DNA of 63,820 nt, filler included, from Hyphochytrium catenoides (lineage: Eukaryota; Protista; Hyphochytriomycota), in NCBI GenBank assembly GCA_900088475.1. It is 17 parts of 17 records of this genome, joined end to end, with 100 filler letters (N's around TTAATTAATTAA, not from the genome) between each part and the next. Parts side by side here need not be neighbours in the genome. Positions count along the whole stretch, not along the records: positions 35,731 to 42,784 come from FLMG01000998.1; positions 42,885 to 44,295 come from FLMG01004004.1; positions 44,396 to 57,042 come from FLMG01001641.1; 14 more parts are not named here. One strand, given 5' to 3'. Shown here piece after piece: positions 35,768-49,641 of the stretch (positions within the stretch are counted from its first letter, which is position 1; every line of letters begins with the position of its first letter). The notes under the pieces are model-generated. The model saw only the letters and a program-made list of their open reading frames with translations. It was not told the DNA's origin and did no database searches. The position numbers and the translations under genes were made by a program.

Positions 35768-37558
35768 GGTCCGGATCTCTTCTCTTTCCTAGGTTGGATC
35801 CATGGGATCTGTCTCACTCTCGCGTACTTCTCTCTCATCGTCAAGTCTCCCTACATCGATCCCATCCCTCTCCTCGCCTTCGCCACGGTCTGCGGCTGGT
35901 TCTTTCTCCTCTATTATGCGTCTGCGCTGAAGGTTACTGGCCATTTCGTGGCGATCATTCTTAAGATCGTGACAGGCGATATTACACGCTTTGCTTTGCT
36001 CTACGGAACTGCTCTTTTAGGCTTCTCTCTGGCGATGAAGCTTATCTTTGGTAACTCGTCCAGTGAGAGCTTTGCGGACCTGGGAAGCGCGGCCCAAGTG
36101 CTGGTCCTGACGACCTTAGGAGACGTGCAGGTTGACGAGTATGACAAGGTAGGAAGTCAATGTTCTCTCTCCCTCCAAACTATCACTCTTTCTGTCTCTC
36201 TTCCTCTGTCTCCTTCTATCTCTCGCTCTCTCTCTCGGTCTCCCTCACTCTCTCTCTCTCTGTCTATCTCTGTCTCTCTCCCTCGCTCTCTTCCTCACCT
36301 GTCTTTCTCTTCCTCTCCCTCTCTTCAGAGCGGTCTGTTTCTCATTCTATCACTTCTCTCCCCACTAATCTTGTATTCACCTATTGCTTTCCCCTCTCTG
36401 TGGACCTCCAGAGTCAGCCTGTCCTCTTTCCCTTTCGTTTCCTTTGCACCTTGAGCGATCTCTGTCTCTTAATCGCGCCTCTTTATTCCTCCTTTCTTAC
36501 TCTCTTTCTGTTCCTTCCCTCTCTTTCTCTCTCTGTCTTTTCCCCTTTCTCTCTTCCTCTGTCTAACGTCTCTCTCCGTCTCATCGCTGGCCACCCTGTG
36601 TCTTTCTTCATTCCAGGCGCGAGCTCCTATAGCAGCGAAGTTTCTTTTCTACGCTTTTGTGATCATTGCTTGGATTTCTATGATGAACCTCCTCATCGCC
36701 ATGATGTCAGAGACATTCTCTCAGGGCTCACAGACAGGGGAGAGAGAGTTTCTTCTTAATAGAGCAGCAGTGATAGCAGACATAGAGAGGAGAATGAGGA
36801 GAAACTTCCTGGACTCTCGCACGAGAGAAGAGAAGAAGAAAGGGAGAAAGGGACTCAAGAGACACGCCTCTCTCTTTCCCTTCGCCGCTCCCCCGCCTCC
36901 TCAACCTGTCTCAGTGCAAGAGGAAGAGGAGAAAGAGGCAGAAGAGCACCTTTGGATAGTGGAAGAGAAGATCTCTGAGGAAGAGAGAGACAAGCTTCTT
37001 CTGCTAGACGGCATAACCTCCTCCTCCCCTCCTGATGCAGAGGAAACTTCTCCTGAGAAAGAGGGAGAGGAAGAGGGACAAGGGGAAGTGAAAAGACGAG
37101 GAAAAAGAGAGGAACCTTTCGCAAAAAAGCACAAAGCTGAGAGGACGAGTCAGCTCGACAGGAAGAGAAGCATTGGAATAAACACCGAGGGAAGTATTCT
37201 CGCTGCTCTCTCTCCTCCTCTTGCCCTTTCTCCTACCTACTTGTCTGCACCTTCCGAAGGTGAAAAGTCAGAACAAGGGAGAGAGAGATACGGCGACGAG
37301 GCCAGTAACTCTTCACCTTCTCACTCTCTTGAAGAGAGCCGAGCCCTAGGGGACAAAGCATCCTCTACTTTCTCTTCGTACTCTCTCAATGCGGAAACTA
37401 GAGAACCAAAGGAGGAGGACGGCTCTCCCTCTGCCGAGGGGGCCGAAGGAGAAGGTGATGGAGATGCAAAGAGTCCGAAGAAGAAAAAGAAGAAGAAGCT
37501 CCACAAGCAGGGAAGCAAGAAGCATAGGAAGAGGACAAACACTGGGGATCAGATATGA
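35768..37558 (+). CDS. TRP-family cation channel (TRPV-like), C-terminal TM/pore region and tail
   Basis: GWFFLLYYA...TGHFVAIILKIVTGDITRF (S4-S5), LVLTTLGD (pore), MMNLLIAMMSETF (S6), FLLNRAAVIADIER (TRP helix); intron ~36149-36617. Confidence 0.88.
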
Positions 37559-38036
37559 AGCTCCATTGGCAGGAGCCTCTCTCCTTTGCGACATCTCTAG
37601 TCCTAACATTAGCAGTGGGGCTCTTTAACCGTGTCGCTCTCCTTTCTCTCTCTCTCTTTAACGCCCTACGCTCTCCTTCTTGTTTGTTACGAGAACGTCA
37701 GCCATCTGCATAGCCTTTTCTCTCCCACTTCCTTCGCCAGTTGCTATTATTAGTGGGGAAAAGAGATGTATTACGAAGTTAAAAAGAGGGGCAAAGGTTC
37801 TTTGTAAATATTTTGAAAAAACGATAATCTATGTAAGCTTTACCTGCAACCGCTCGTCGCCCGCAGTGGGAGACAGTGAGAGAGAGAAAATGAGCGAGAG
37901 TAGGGAAGAGAGAGACAGAAAAGTGCCAGTGACGACAGTGAAAGAGAGCTTCTTTCTAACTCTTCCCTCTCTCGGTTTGAACACTCTCTCAGCGATCTCT
38001 GAAAGGTCTCATGATGATATCATTGGGATTTTCTCT

Positions 38037-40556
38037 CTAAGCAAGGCCAAAGCCCACGATCTCCATGTTGATGACAAGCCGGAGGTACGTCTCGAGCTCT
38101 TCTTCAGAGGCGTAAAGAGGGAGATCCAACCGATTGAAGCACGTGTGACTCTTGGGGAAGAGCATCGCATCTTCTCCCTCCAATCTCTCTTTCCCTTTCT
38201 TTCTCTCCTTCCCTATTGTTCTGATGGTGAACCGCCTTATGTGCCCGTCACTCAACAGCAAGGCTCTAAAGCCCTGCACGGGAACCCTAGAAGTGCCCGT
38301 AACGTACTGAAGAAGCCGCGCTCGGTTCTCGGCCGAGAACCTTCGGACGACAGCCCAAAACCACTGAATAGCTTTCTCCTCGCTCTTTGTAGGCCTATTG
38401 TTGACTCTTCTGAATTGATAATCTGTATGAGCTTCCCAGTCATCGACATTGATTGTTTCTAGCCCATTGAGAAGCAGTTCTAGCTCTTGATAGTCAAAGA
38501 CAGAGACCAGAGACTTGGGAACTGCCTCGTAAAGTCCAGTCATTAGGTGTGCCAACTGCGGTGCGATGGCATCCAGCATGTAATAACGAAGAAGGAGAAA
38601 GAGATACTCTTCCTTGTTCTCTTGCGTTACTGGGATGTTTGCACCGCCGTCCTTGAGAGGAATGATCACAGTCTCCCCCCCAGGCTCCTTCCTCGTGACG
38701 GTGAAGTCCAAGCACAGATCTTCGACATCGCTTGCTGTGTGAATGTACTGAAGAGACGAGAAAAGCTCTTGATCTAGAAACTCTAAGTCACTGAAGCTGA
38801 TGGGGACGCCCAAGAGATGCTTCAACAAGGGAAGGGCCAGGTGGGCTGTCAGCAACTGCTCTTCTAAGATCATCTTTCCAATGAATCGTCCAGCAAACTC
38901 AAAAAGCTGCAAAGGAGTAAAGCGTCGTTGCAGGTTTTGCAATGAATTCTCCGAGTCCTGCGTGGTGTCTGCCGATATCTGCAGATTCTTCGAAGAAATC
39001 TGCAGATTGATGGAGCTCGGATTAATCCAATAACTGAGATCCTGTCCCGTGGTCGTCTGGAAGAGCCCTAATGTCTCGTCGAAGAGCTGTTGAGATACGA
39101 GAGTTCCCCATTCTCTCATTAGACCACCTGCATCTAGCCCTGCCTCTCCCATAAAGTGAACTCGTAGCCTCTTGCGCAAAGATTCTACTGGGAACGCGAG
39201 AAGCTGCTCCACACTGTCTTCCAGCAGTGTCTCTCTGTGTACCACGAGCTCAACAGTGTCAGGCTCTTTCTGCTTTATCGGGTGCGTGATCTTCCTTATC
39301 TCCTTAAGGAACCAGCGGTTCTTCTCCGCAAAAGAAAGAGCGGCCACGCCCTCTAGATCATCATCTTCCACCAGCAGATGGTCCTCTAGCGCTGTCATAT
39401 CCTTAGAGATATCAATGACATGCTCAGCCGCGCCTGGACAAGTTCAAAAGGTAGAGTTGCGGGAGATAAAAGGTGAAGTGTGAGCAAAGAAGACTAGATT
39501 TCTTTGGAAAAGCGGTCGAGAGACTGTGACAAGCTTAACGCGAGACAATGACAGGCAGCAAGCGGTTCAGCGGGATGAGAAGAGAGACTGAGAGATGGAG
39601 AAACCAACTATAATGAGACAGAGCAGCATAGAGAAAGACAACGAAAGCACAGAGAGAGAGAGACACACATACACCAGCGTCATGAGATAGAGGAGGCACG
39701 AGAAAGAAAGAGAGAGAGAGAGAGTTAGTTTACCTTGAGCAGTAGCTGGCACCCAGCGAATGTTTCCTTGATCATCCACTGTGCTGACAAACCCCATAGA
39801 AACCTGCGCTTGCTGGTGCAGGTGCACAAAGGTGGAAGTTTTCGCTTCCTCTCTCTTCTCTTTCTCTCTCTTCATCTCCGATTGTCTGATCTCTTGATCT
39901 TCGTTCAGAGTAGGAAGAGACTGAGACAGGAGAGGAGAGGGAAGAGGGAAAGTTTCCTCTGTCTTCTCTTTCATTCTGTGCTGATCTTCAAGAGAGATGT
40001 CCGTTCTCACCCACTGGAGAACGCCTTTTTCATCTTTCTCTCTCTTCCAAAGCGTTCTTCTCTTTGCGCCCTTCTGTCTCTGATTGAGCGCCATGTTGAG
40101 TTGGTTGGCTCGCCTCACCTGGAGGGCACGCTGTCGCTTCTCTCCCTCAAAAGATGTACGTAGAATATCCTAGAAAAAAAAGAGAAAGGAGGAATGATGG
40201 GAAATGCAAAAGAGAAAGAGAGAGAAACATTAAGAAAGAGAGACAGAGAGTTCTTAGTCATCGACAGAACGAGTGCTTAAAACACTGATAGGTTTGAGGG
40301 AGCACTATCAGAGTGAGGGCAGGTCTGGAGGGAGAGAGAGAGAAAGGAAGAAAAAAAAAAACGAGAGATCAAGAAAGAAAACCGTACGCAGAGATGAGAA
40401 GATGAGCTCGGTAGTTGAATCACCAGATGTCCCAAAAAGGGAAGAGGCGTAGGGATGCATGGGAGGGAATAGGAGAGAGAGCAAAGAGCAAAGAGAACAT
40501 ATATAGCAGAGCTTGCTCCAACCGTTGAAAGTGAGAAAGAAAGAGAGAGAGAGAGC

Positions 40557-40592
<36 letters not shown>

Positions 40593-41411
40593 AGCCCCTT
40601 ACCATACTGTTGGTCCTTATAAGCATCTTCTTCATCTCAGGATGGACCTCGGCCGTCTCTCCTCCTTGTGAGGAGATCGACCGGATGAAGGAAGACGACG
40701 AGCGCTTAAGAAGGGGCCTTTTGCTGCTGTCTCCCTCTTTCTCTCCTGCCGTCCCGTTCTCCATGGCAGAGAAGAGAACTTCGCTGGAGAGAACTCTTGG
40801 GATGGAGGGAAGAAGCGGAGAGTCGTTGCCACTGACGCTCACTGTGCGTTGTTGGATGAGGAAAAGCAACGAAAGAAAGAGAGGCAGGGAAATAGAGAGG
40901 GGAAATTTAGAGAGAGAGAAAGAGCGAGGAAAGGAGAGAGAAACGATGTGTATGAGTAAAAGCAGAGAATATTGGAGAAGAAGCACTAAAAGTAAGCGTT
41001 GTTTAGTAAAAGAGAGAGAGAGACGCACCCAAGACGAGAGAGAAAGAGAGAGAGAGAGAGAGAGCAAGAGAGCAGCTGCGAGGGAAGAGAGAGTCCGAAG
41101 GAAACTAGGATTACCTCTTGGGGTCCAGCAAAGGAGGCAATCGCCTCGGGATTCGGGGTTCACATGCCGGCAGACAGAGCACTGCCATTCCTTCTCTGGT
41201 TGACCGCTCTCTCTACATGAGAGACGCCCACACGGTATTGAGAACAGAGGAAGAGAGAGAGAGAGAGAGAGGTGAGGAGGAGTAGCGAGGAAAGAAGAGA
41301 GAGAGAAGGAGAGAGACGGGCAGATAAAGAAAGAAATATAACGGGACAAGCGAATGAAGGTAAGACCGCTGAATATAGATATAGGATGGGCCGCTGGAAG
41401 AGAGAGAGAGT

Positions 41412-41455
<44 letters not shown>

Positions 41456-41757
41456 GAGAGAGAGAGGAGAAGGAAGACAAGAAAAGTTGTCTTCTGAAAC
41501 CGGAGAGAAGGGAAAGAACGGACACTGAGAGAGACAGAAAGAGAGAAGGGAATGTGCGGATCACCTGTCATCGAGTTCCTCTCTCCTCATCTCATTCCTC
41601 CTCCGATCCTCTCGGTCCTGCCTGGCGATATGATAGCGCGCATAGCAAGAGTAGACCAGACAGCCCAGAGCCACCAGACCCAGAGCCCCCAGGCCAGCGA
41701 ACAGAGCGATAGAAACGCCTATGATACAGGGAAGAGGGAGAGAGAGAGCGAGCGAGC

Positions 41758-41790
<33 letters not shown>

Positions 41791-42085
41791 TGAGAGAGAG
41801 AGACGTAGAGAAGGAGAGAGACGGCAGCAGGTGGAAGCGAGAATCGCAAAGAACCGAGGTGACAGGGGAACAGATGAAATAGACAGAGAGCCAAAGAAAG
41901 TGAGCAGGAAGCAGAGAGAACGAGGGAGAGACCGATAAGCAAAGAGTTGAGAGGAGGAGAGAGGGACATGGAGGGGAGAACGGCGGGATACTCCCCATCA
42001 AGGAAAGAGAGACCATCACATCGGACAGAAATCGAGACAGAGGGAGACAACCAGCGATTAGAAGAGAGATAGCGAGAGAGGAAGA

Positions 42086-42140
<55 letters not shown>

Positions 42141-42222
42141 AGAGGGAGAGAGAGAGAGAGATCAAAGCTCCTCAAAAGATCGCCTTACCTCCAAACTCTA
42201 TCTGCAGCGGTACAGACGCCAT
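38037..42222 (-). CDS. HECT E3 ubiquitin ligase with N-terminal TM helix and RanBP2-type zinc finger
   Basis: MASVPLQIEFG|GVSIALFAGLGALGLVALGCLVYSCY (TM); WQCSVCRHVN...CLLC; complete HECT domain (FMGEAGLDAGGLMREW, RLLQYVTGTSRVP, PKSHTCFNRLDLP). Confidence 0.93.
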
Positions 42223-42884
42223 TGGAGCTCAGTCTTTCCGTTAAAGCATTCCAGCGAGCCGCAGGAGAGAGAAACAGAGAGAGAGAGAGAGAATAAGGAT
42301 GCACAAGGATGCTGTTTGATCTATTCTAGAGAAAATGAATAGCAGACAAGAGAGAGAGAGAAAGCAAGAGAGAAGTGAAGAGAGGCAGACTCTCAAGGAT
42401 GGGAGAAGGGCAACGGTATGCAAAGGCCGGAGACGGAGCTGGAGCTAATGCGCAAGAAGAGATAAACGTCGACTGACTGAAGCGCGGCAATAGCGCGACG
42501 GAGAGAAAGAGAGAGAGAGCGCCAGAGAGAGAGAGAGAGGGACGAAGAGAGAAATTTCGATAGAAAGGGAAGAGAGAGGAGGAAAGAGAGATTGCGTTTT
42601 ATGAATAGAGCTGGGATGTCCTCCGCGTATGCTCGAGGCTGAAGAGACAGTAAACTGAGAAAGAGGGGACAGCAGGGAACAAAGGAAGAGAGAGAGGAAA
42701 GGCGGGGCCTCGGTTGCCATCTGTCAGCAAGAAAGCGGGGGAGGGGGAGAGAAAAATAGAGTTCTCAGACTTTGACCATCATCGNNNNNNNNNNNNNNNN
42801 NNNNNNNNNNNNNNNNNNNNNNNNNNNNTTAATTAATTAANNNNNNNNNNNNNNNNNNNNNNNNNNNNNNNNNNNNNNNNNNNN

Positions 42885-43024
42885 GCAAGGTGTTGAGGAA
42901 GCAGCTGGAGTGGCAGATTGAACATCCTCGAGGGTCCAAGGAGGATTGCCTGGAGGCTTTGCGCAGAGAGCTGCCGCACATTGTGGAAGAGGAGAAGAGA
43001 AGGGAGAAGGAAGATGGAACATAG
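42885..43024 (+). CDS. Probable C-terminus of CCA-adding tRNA nucleotidyltransferase
   Basis: KVLRKQLEWQIEHPRGSKEDCLEAL resembles the WQLxHP...ExC tail of fungal/plant-type CCA1; only ~45 codons visible. Confidence 0.55.
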
Positions 43025-43105
43025 TCAGAGCTCACTACTCATGCTCGTAAAGAGTAACAGCTATTTCACATTTATTTATCCTTTCTTGGGGAAACAGCGC
43101 CTTAG

Positions 43106-44057
43106 TTACGTCGCTAACATCGCTGGGCTTGCGTTATTCGCCTCATTAGTAAGCCCTTCAATGAGCTCATTGAGCGGCGCAAGCTGGTCCTTCTCGATGA
43201 GACTGAACTCCTGGACGAAGAGGATGAAGTGCTTGAAGCAAGTGTTGAGGTGCGCTTCAGCCCCAAGCGCCACCACCTTATCAAAGTGCGAATAATAGAT
43301 GTGACCATACACGCGGAAGAGGCGCTTGAAGATTGTCTTCACGATAGACTCGAAGTTCTTGGGAAACGGTGTGCCTGGATTGAGGAAAACATCCATCAAA
43401 TATCTGTTTGGCGGCTGTCTCATACAGTCTGATGTTAAGATTATGGCCCTCACTTTCCAACCACCTCTTTGTGTGTGTCTCTCTCTCCCTGTCTCTTGTC
43501 ATCACGCTCCCTCGCCTCCAAGTCAGTTATTCCTCTAACTTCAGAATAAGTACCCCAAAGAGTGGGCACACAGGCAAAGTGTCGAACCTGTGGAGGTCGG
43601 GAACACTTCTTCATTGTCAAGCTGTGACGCGATCCATGTCATCAGGTAATCGATGTACTCAGGCGCCGAGCAGTGAATGGGAATCTTGATGCTGGTCCCG
43701 TCAGCCCAGAGGTACTCGTACCTGTGCCAAACGGTTAAGATTGTTAGGAAGAGGAGTACTTGAGCATCATTAAGGACGTAGGGAAGAAAATGGCATAGAC
43801 CGAGACATGACGAGAAGCAAGACGAAGAGACAGGTCCTCGGACAGCTGACAATGAAAGAGAGAGGGAGAAGCAAAGCCAAGAGGAAATGACAGTTAAAAA
43901 GTCCTAGTAGCAGTGGGCACGAATGTAAGGTTTGGCAGAGGAAAAAGGGTCTGGTTGCCATACTTGGGTCCAGCAGACATGACCTTGCAGGTCTCCGCCG
44001 TGCAAAATTCTGCAATAGTGCCGTAGAGAAGGCTGATCTCATTATAAAAGTCAAATG
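43106..44057 (-). CDS. MOB1: MOB kinase activator 1, last three exons
   Basis: [18 protein letters not shown]...MSAGPK|YEYLWADG...[12 protein letters not shown]|...[17 protein letters not shown]...[16 protein letters not shown]. Confidence 0.95.
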
Positions 44058-44395
44058 CTACACAGACAGAGAAGAAAGGATGAGAGGCTGTCAGAGGAAG
44101 GCCGAACTTTTCTATAGGCATGTGCCGCATAGCAGACTCCTCTTACGCGCTTTCTTTTAGCTGCCTCCCCGTCATCCTCTTCTGTCTCTCTCTCTCATCT
44201 CTCTCTGTCTCTCTCTCTCTCTCTCTGCTTCCTCTCCTTTTGCCTCTCTGTTCTCTCTCTTCACTCTTGCCGCGCTCCCTCTTCTCAATGCCAGCNNNNN
44301 NNNNNNNNNNNNNNNNNNNNNNNNNNNNNNNNNNNNNNNTTAATTAATTAANNNNNNNNNNNNNNNNNNNNNNNNNNNNNNNNNNNNNNNNNNNN

Positions 44396-44635
44396 TCTGC
44401 AGGAAGACCAACTCGAGCAACTCTGCAATAAATCTTTTGGAGGAGAGACGGACCCCGAAGCAAGAGAGAGAGAGAGAGAGAGAGCAAGAGAGAGCGATAA
44501 ATAGCGAGAAAGAGAGAGAGAGGGGGAGAGAGAGAGAGAGAATGAGAGAGGGAGGAAGAGCACGAGAAAGAAAGTCATTATGAGGTCCCGGAGAGACGAA
44601 AAGTAGGATATTCATCGGGGAGGCACACAGTCAGG

Positions 44636-44682
<47 letters not shown>

Positions 44683-45014
44683 TACGCACCGCACAAAAGT
44701 AAACCTCGGGAGACTAGCAAGCTCTAGGAACATCAGATCAAGGGAGAAAAGAAAACAAAGAGGGAGAGAAGAAGAGAGAGACAGAGGGAGACAGAGAGAC
44801 AGAGTGTATAGAAAGAAAAGAGAAACTAGAGAGAGAGAGTGAGGAAGAGACACCCACCCAATGATCCCTCCTATAGGGCCCCAGAGCTTGCTAGATAAAA
44901 GAAGGCGGCAGAGCGTGCCTGTAAGGAGGATAAGGAGAAATCGAAGAGAGGCGTGCAGAAGAGTCCGCTGCCTGTTGGAACGAGAGGAGCCACCTAGGAG
45001 AAGAACCTCAACCT

Positions 45015-45053
<39 letters not shown>

Positions 45054-47030
45054 GGAGAGAGGGAGAGAAAGAGAGAGAAAGTAAGTCAGGATAGTTTTCT
45101 TCTTTCTCTCCCATTACTCGCTCTGGACACTCTCTGCCCTCCCTCTACTAGTCAGTTTCCGTTGTCACTTCCGCTTCCGTCCTCCTTTCTCTTCATTGTC
45201 TCTGCTTGAGGTCAAAGCCTTTTCTCCGGTTCTCTTGTCCCTCACGTTTCCTCCTATCTCCATGGTTGACCTTCATTTTCTTTGTTCCCATTTATTCTCT
45301 CTCTCTCTTTCTCTTTCTCTCTCTCTCTCTCTCTCCTTCCGTCCGTGTCTCCCTCTTCTCTCTCTCTCTCTAACCCATCTCTCTTACCAGCTCGCCCAGG
45401 TAGTCTGCCAGTGATCCTAGGGGAGGAAGCAACCCGATTGTCCATAACAGAGGCGCGCACAGCGCAAAGACATGCACAACAGCGTTCGCGAGAGAGAGAG
45501 ACGAAGAGAGAGAGTGCCCGACCGCAAAGTAGTCCAGCACATGGACAAGGCCAAAGCCTGACATATATACAGGACGGTAAGCCGCTAACGCTAAATACTC
45601 TCCCATATTTCCTGCGTTAACGGCTATTTCGGACGGAGGCATGGACGTTAGCGGATACTGGGCCAAGGAGAAAGAGAGCCAGCCTAGGCCGAGAAAGAGT
45701 ATTTGGACGGAAGAAGGGAAGAAAAGAGGGAGAAGGAGAGAAGGATGAAGAAAGAGAAAAGAGAGAGTTCCATGAGAGAAAGAGAGAAGGATGACCATCA
45801 ACAGTGTGGAGAGAGAACCGTCTCCCTTGAGAGGGAGCACGAAGGCCAGAGTCTCCAGAGAGAAGATTCCCTTGCTAAAGTCTGCCTCTTTTCCGTCTAG
45901 ATTTCTCTCTCTCTCTCTTGCTCCTTCTCCATCTCGGCCGTCTCTCTCCTGAGCATGTAAGCGTCTTGCAGGAAACTGAAAGAGAGCGACCAGGAAAGCG
46001 AGAAGGCCTCCGAAAGAGAGACAGGATGCCGGAGTCGGAGAGAAAGTAAGTGTCCATACTATTCCGAGGAGAGAAGGGAGAAGAAAGAGAAAGACTTGAA
46101 GACAGATAACCGATGCAGGAAGAGTCTCTTTCTCGTCGAGAAAGAAGCGAAGTCCGCCAAGAGCGGTTTCTAGCCAACGACGTCGAGCAAACGCGCGCTG
46201 TGACGATGGGGGAAGAGCAAAAAGAGAGAGAGAAAGTGAGAGAGCGAAAGAGTGAAGAGGGGAGGGAGAGAGAGAGAGTGTGAGTGAGAGAGGAAGAGAG
46301 GGAGAGAGAGAGAGAGAGTGTGAGGCAGAGAGAGGGACAGAGACAGAGACAGAGAGAGAGGGTAAGAAGAAAGTTACAAAGAGACAGGGGAGGAGGAGAC
46401 AGGACTCTCCAGCAAATGGAAGAGAGAAGAGCCAGGGCATGCGAATAAAAGAAACATGGACGGTCCATAGAATCAGCGGATGAAAGGAAAAAAGGAGGAG
46501 AGAGAAGTAAAGAGAGATGAACCAGGGGGAGAAAGAGAGAGAGAGAAGAAGAGATAAGAAGGCCCAGAAGTGGAACCTAAACCCGAAGAGAGAGGCGGAC
46601 GAATAGCACGAGACTCAACAGTTAGGAGAGAGAGACACAAATTGAAGTAGGACCAAGAGACACAAAGAGAGAGAGAGTGGGCAAGAGAGATTGAGAGAGA
46701 GAAAGAGTGAAAAAAACAGAGAGAGAGAGAAAGAGGGAGAGAAACCCAGAGAGAGAAAGAGAAGGTGTATCTAGATGCTACTGTTACCTTGTACTCGTTC
46801 ATTAGAGGTGCCACATCTCTTCGTCCTCCCGCCTCTCTTCTCACTGGTTCTCTTTCCCTTCTCTCCTCATTTCTTTCTCTTCTCTCTCCTTGACCTTCGT
46901 TCTCTCTTCTTCTCTCTCTTCCGACCTCTCCCCTCCCTTTGACAGGAGATGGAGGAGGAGATGGTTTTTCTTCATCAGAGTCACTTTCTATCCCCTGAAG
47001 TGGAGTCACAAGCTCAGTAACCTCCGTCAT
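44396..47030 (-). CDS. Pecanex-like multi-pass membrane protein (PCNX4-like), 5' part
   Basis: PLMNEYK|RAFARRRWLETALGGLRF...QVFLFLLP parallels the PCNX4 N-terminus; also AQYPLT, LLWTIGLLPP, E|VEVLLLGGS. Confidence 0.8.
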
Positions 47031-47042
47031 TGCCTAGACCCA

Positions 47043-47110
<68 letters not shown>

Positions 47111-48424
47111 TAGTGGTATCGAGACAGGGGTATGAAGAGGAAGGTAAAGCCAGAGACTTAGTCTCTCCTTCTGTCTTTCTTCATCTTACTCTTCCATCGA
47201 AACGCCATTTTCTTCAGGGAAAGAGTTGAAGAAGCTTTCAAAGAGAGAGAGACTGTTCAAAGATTCTACTTTCCGGCTTCGGGGAACTGGGAAGAGAGAG
47301 AGAAAAAAGAGAGAGAGTTGTGAGCCGATGTGATGGAAGAGACAGTTAGGGTAGAGAGAAGAACGAGAGAAACAGAAGAATCATGATCCCTCTTTCTCGG
47401 AGTTAGAAATCTGCTGCAGCGCTTTGCATGGGAGACAGGAGAGCTACCTGAGGAGAGAGGCAGTTAGGGAAGAGAGAGGAGAGGGAGCGACAGAGAGAGA
47501 AGAGAGAGAGAGAGAAAATAGCAAGGACGATTAGATTGTAAAGAGAAGGGGTAACGAGTAAGGGAGAGAGAGATAGGAAGGGAGAAGTTTGAGATGAAGG
47601 CGACAGGGTATGAGACACAGGAGAGAAGAGGCCAATGAGAGCATGAGAGAAGAGAGAAAGAGGGAGAAAGAGAGAGAGACACATAGAGGGAGAGAGTCTC
47701 CACGAACGCGGAGGGAGAAAGAGGAGGAAGTGCGGTCACCGAAGCTTCTTGTGCGTTCCTTTCGTGTAACGCCCGCTGCTTATCTCCAATATCAGGAATC
47801 TAACCCATATTTATTACAACATAAACCGCGCTAGATAGAACTTATTCAGTATCCAGTATCATGCCTAAACGAGTGCATTCGTTTGCTTCTTTCTCTCTCT
47901 CCTTCTCTCTCTCTCTCCGTCCTTCTCTCTCTTTCCTTGCCCCTAATATCAGCTGGACATCCGTGCCTGCCCAACGCCCAAAGTGCAAAACTGCAGGGCG
48001 TGTATCAGCAGATGTCCGCAGGGCTCCCGCAGTACCCGTCTCTCTCTCTCACTCTCTCTCTCTCTAAGCTGATGAGGTCCACAATCTTCTTTAGCTTTCC
48101 CTCAGTTCCCGCTCCCTCCCCTCTCTTCTCGCGTCGTACCTTTATCCTTGCTAAAGTCTCTCTTTTTCTCTCTCTTTCTCTCTATGTCTGAATGGTTCTT
48201 TCTTCAGCCTTGGTGCCGAACAATTGTGGGGGACCTGCTCTTAACCAAAAGATTATAAGGAGACTTTAAAGAGAACTTGAGATGTATGCGCCCTTTCTCT
48301 CTCTCCTCTTTCCTGTCTCTTTCTCTCGCGTGTCTCTCACTCTCTCTCTCTTGCTCGTTTCCTCGTCTGTTTTCTTCTGTTTCTTCTCTTCTCTCTCTGT
48401 CGTTCTCGGTCTGATCGTCTGAGG

Positions 48425-49135
48425 TTAGTTGAGGACTTTCTTTGAAGGATCCACTTTCGAGAGGCTCTGCGCGTAGGAGATAAGGCGCTTGACAGATGTG
48501 AGATACTTCCGCTGCATCTCGTTGTTCATAATGTCTGCACACAGAGAGAGAGAGTGAGAGAGAGAGAGAGAGAATGAGCAGCGGGACAGTCAGTTAGAGT
48601 AACAAAGAGAAATAGGTAAAATGGGAGAGAAAGCAGACGGCGATAGGCGACACAGGAAGAGAGAGAGAAGATGAGAGAAGAAGAGAGAGAAGGAGAAGAG
48701 TAGGGTGTGCGTGATGGAAGGTAAGTGGTAGAGAGGAAGGTGAACGCATGGGTCCTAAAGCAGATAGAATGAGTTACGCAAGAAGGGAGACAGAGAGAGA
48801 GAAAGGGAGAGAGAGAGGAAAGAAAGTAAAGCAGCTCATTATAGAAGGACCTAAGACTTACGTGCGGTCTTATTGGTGTTGATCTTCTCTCTTCCTGTTC
48901 GCTCGTGGATACCAACCATCGTCACACCGATGGGCCAAGCTGCATTGCCGATCGTGAGGAGGAAGTAGACATCTCCCGCCTAAGGGAAAGAAATAAAGGA
49001 GAGAGAGAGAGAGAGAGAAGAAGAGAAAGAACAGAGAGCGAGGGAGGGAGAAATCAGCGCTTAGAACAGAAGAGAGTTTTTGTCATTGTATCAGGCCCCG
49101 TCAAAGACTTTTCTCTCAGACGTTGAGTCCGATCG

Positions 49136-49167
<32 letters not shown>

Positions 49168-49583
49168 CCTCCCACTTTCTCTTGCTCTCTTTCTTTGGTC
49201 TTTTCCCGACTTCCCTCCGACATTCCATTCAGCTATACTGTCTCCGCCCCCGCCATTGTTGGGCTTTGTCCTCCACTCTTTCCTTTCTGTGAGGTTAACT
49301 TATCTCTCTCTTTGTTTTCTCTCTCTTCTCTATCTCTCTCTTTGACTTTTCTCTTACCTCTCTAAACTCTTCAGCCTTGCAAAGATCGACAATCTCAACT
49401 AATTTCGGGAGGATATCCTGGGGGACGTCTCTCCTCTTGCAGAGCTTGAAGAGCGGCCGAATATAATCCTTGCACTGCTTCATTGTTTTCGTGGCCAGCT
49501 TCCCCTTCGCCGTGCGCTTTACGTGCTCCGGACGAGCCGCCAACTCCATCTCCCACAGCTTGAGCATGCGCTGCAGTGGGGAG

Positions 49584-49641
<58 letters not shown>

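Noticed and set aside
37680-38462. 260-aa plus-strand ORF
   Set aside because: Largely the antisense shadow of the HECT coding exon and its 3' region; no recognisable motifs.
8632-44295. Mitotic gene cluster (kinesin-5, STE11-like kinase, Mis18, MOB1)
   Set aside because: The genes are on different contigs joined artificially; only the kinase and Mis18 share a contig.
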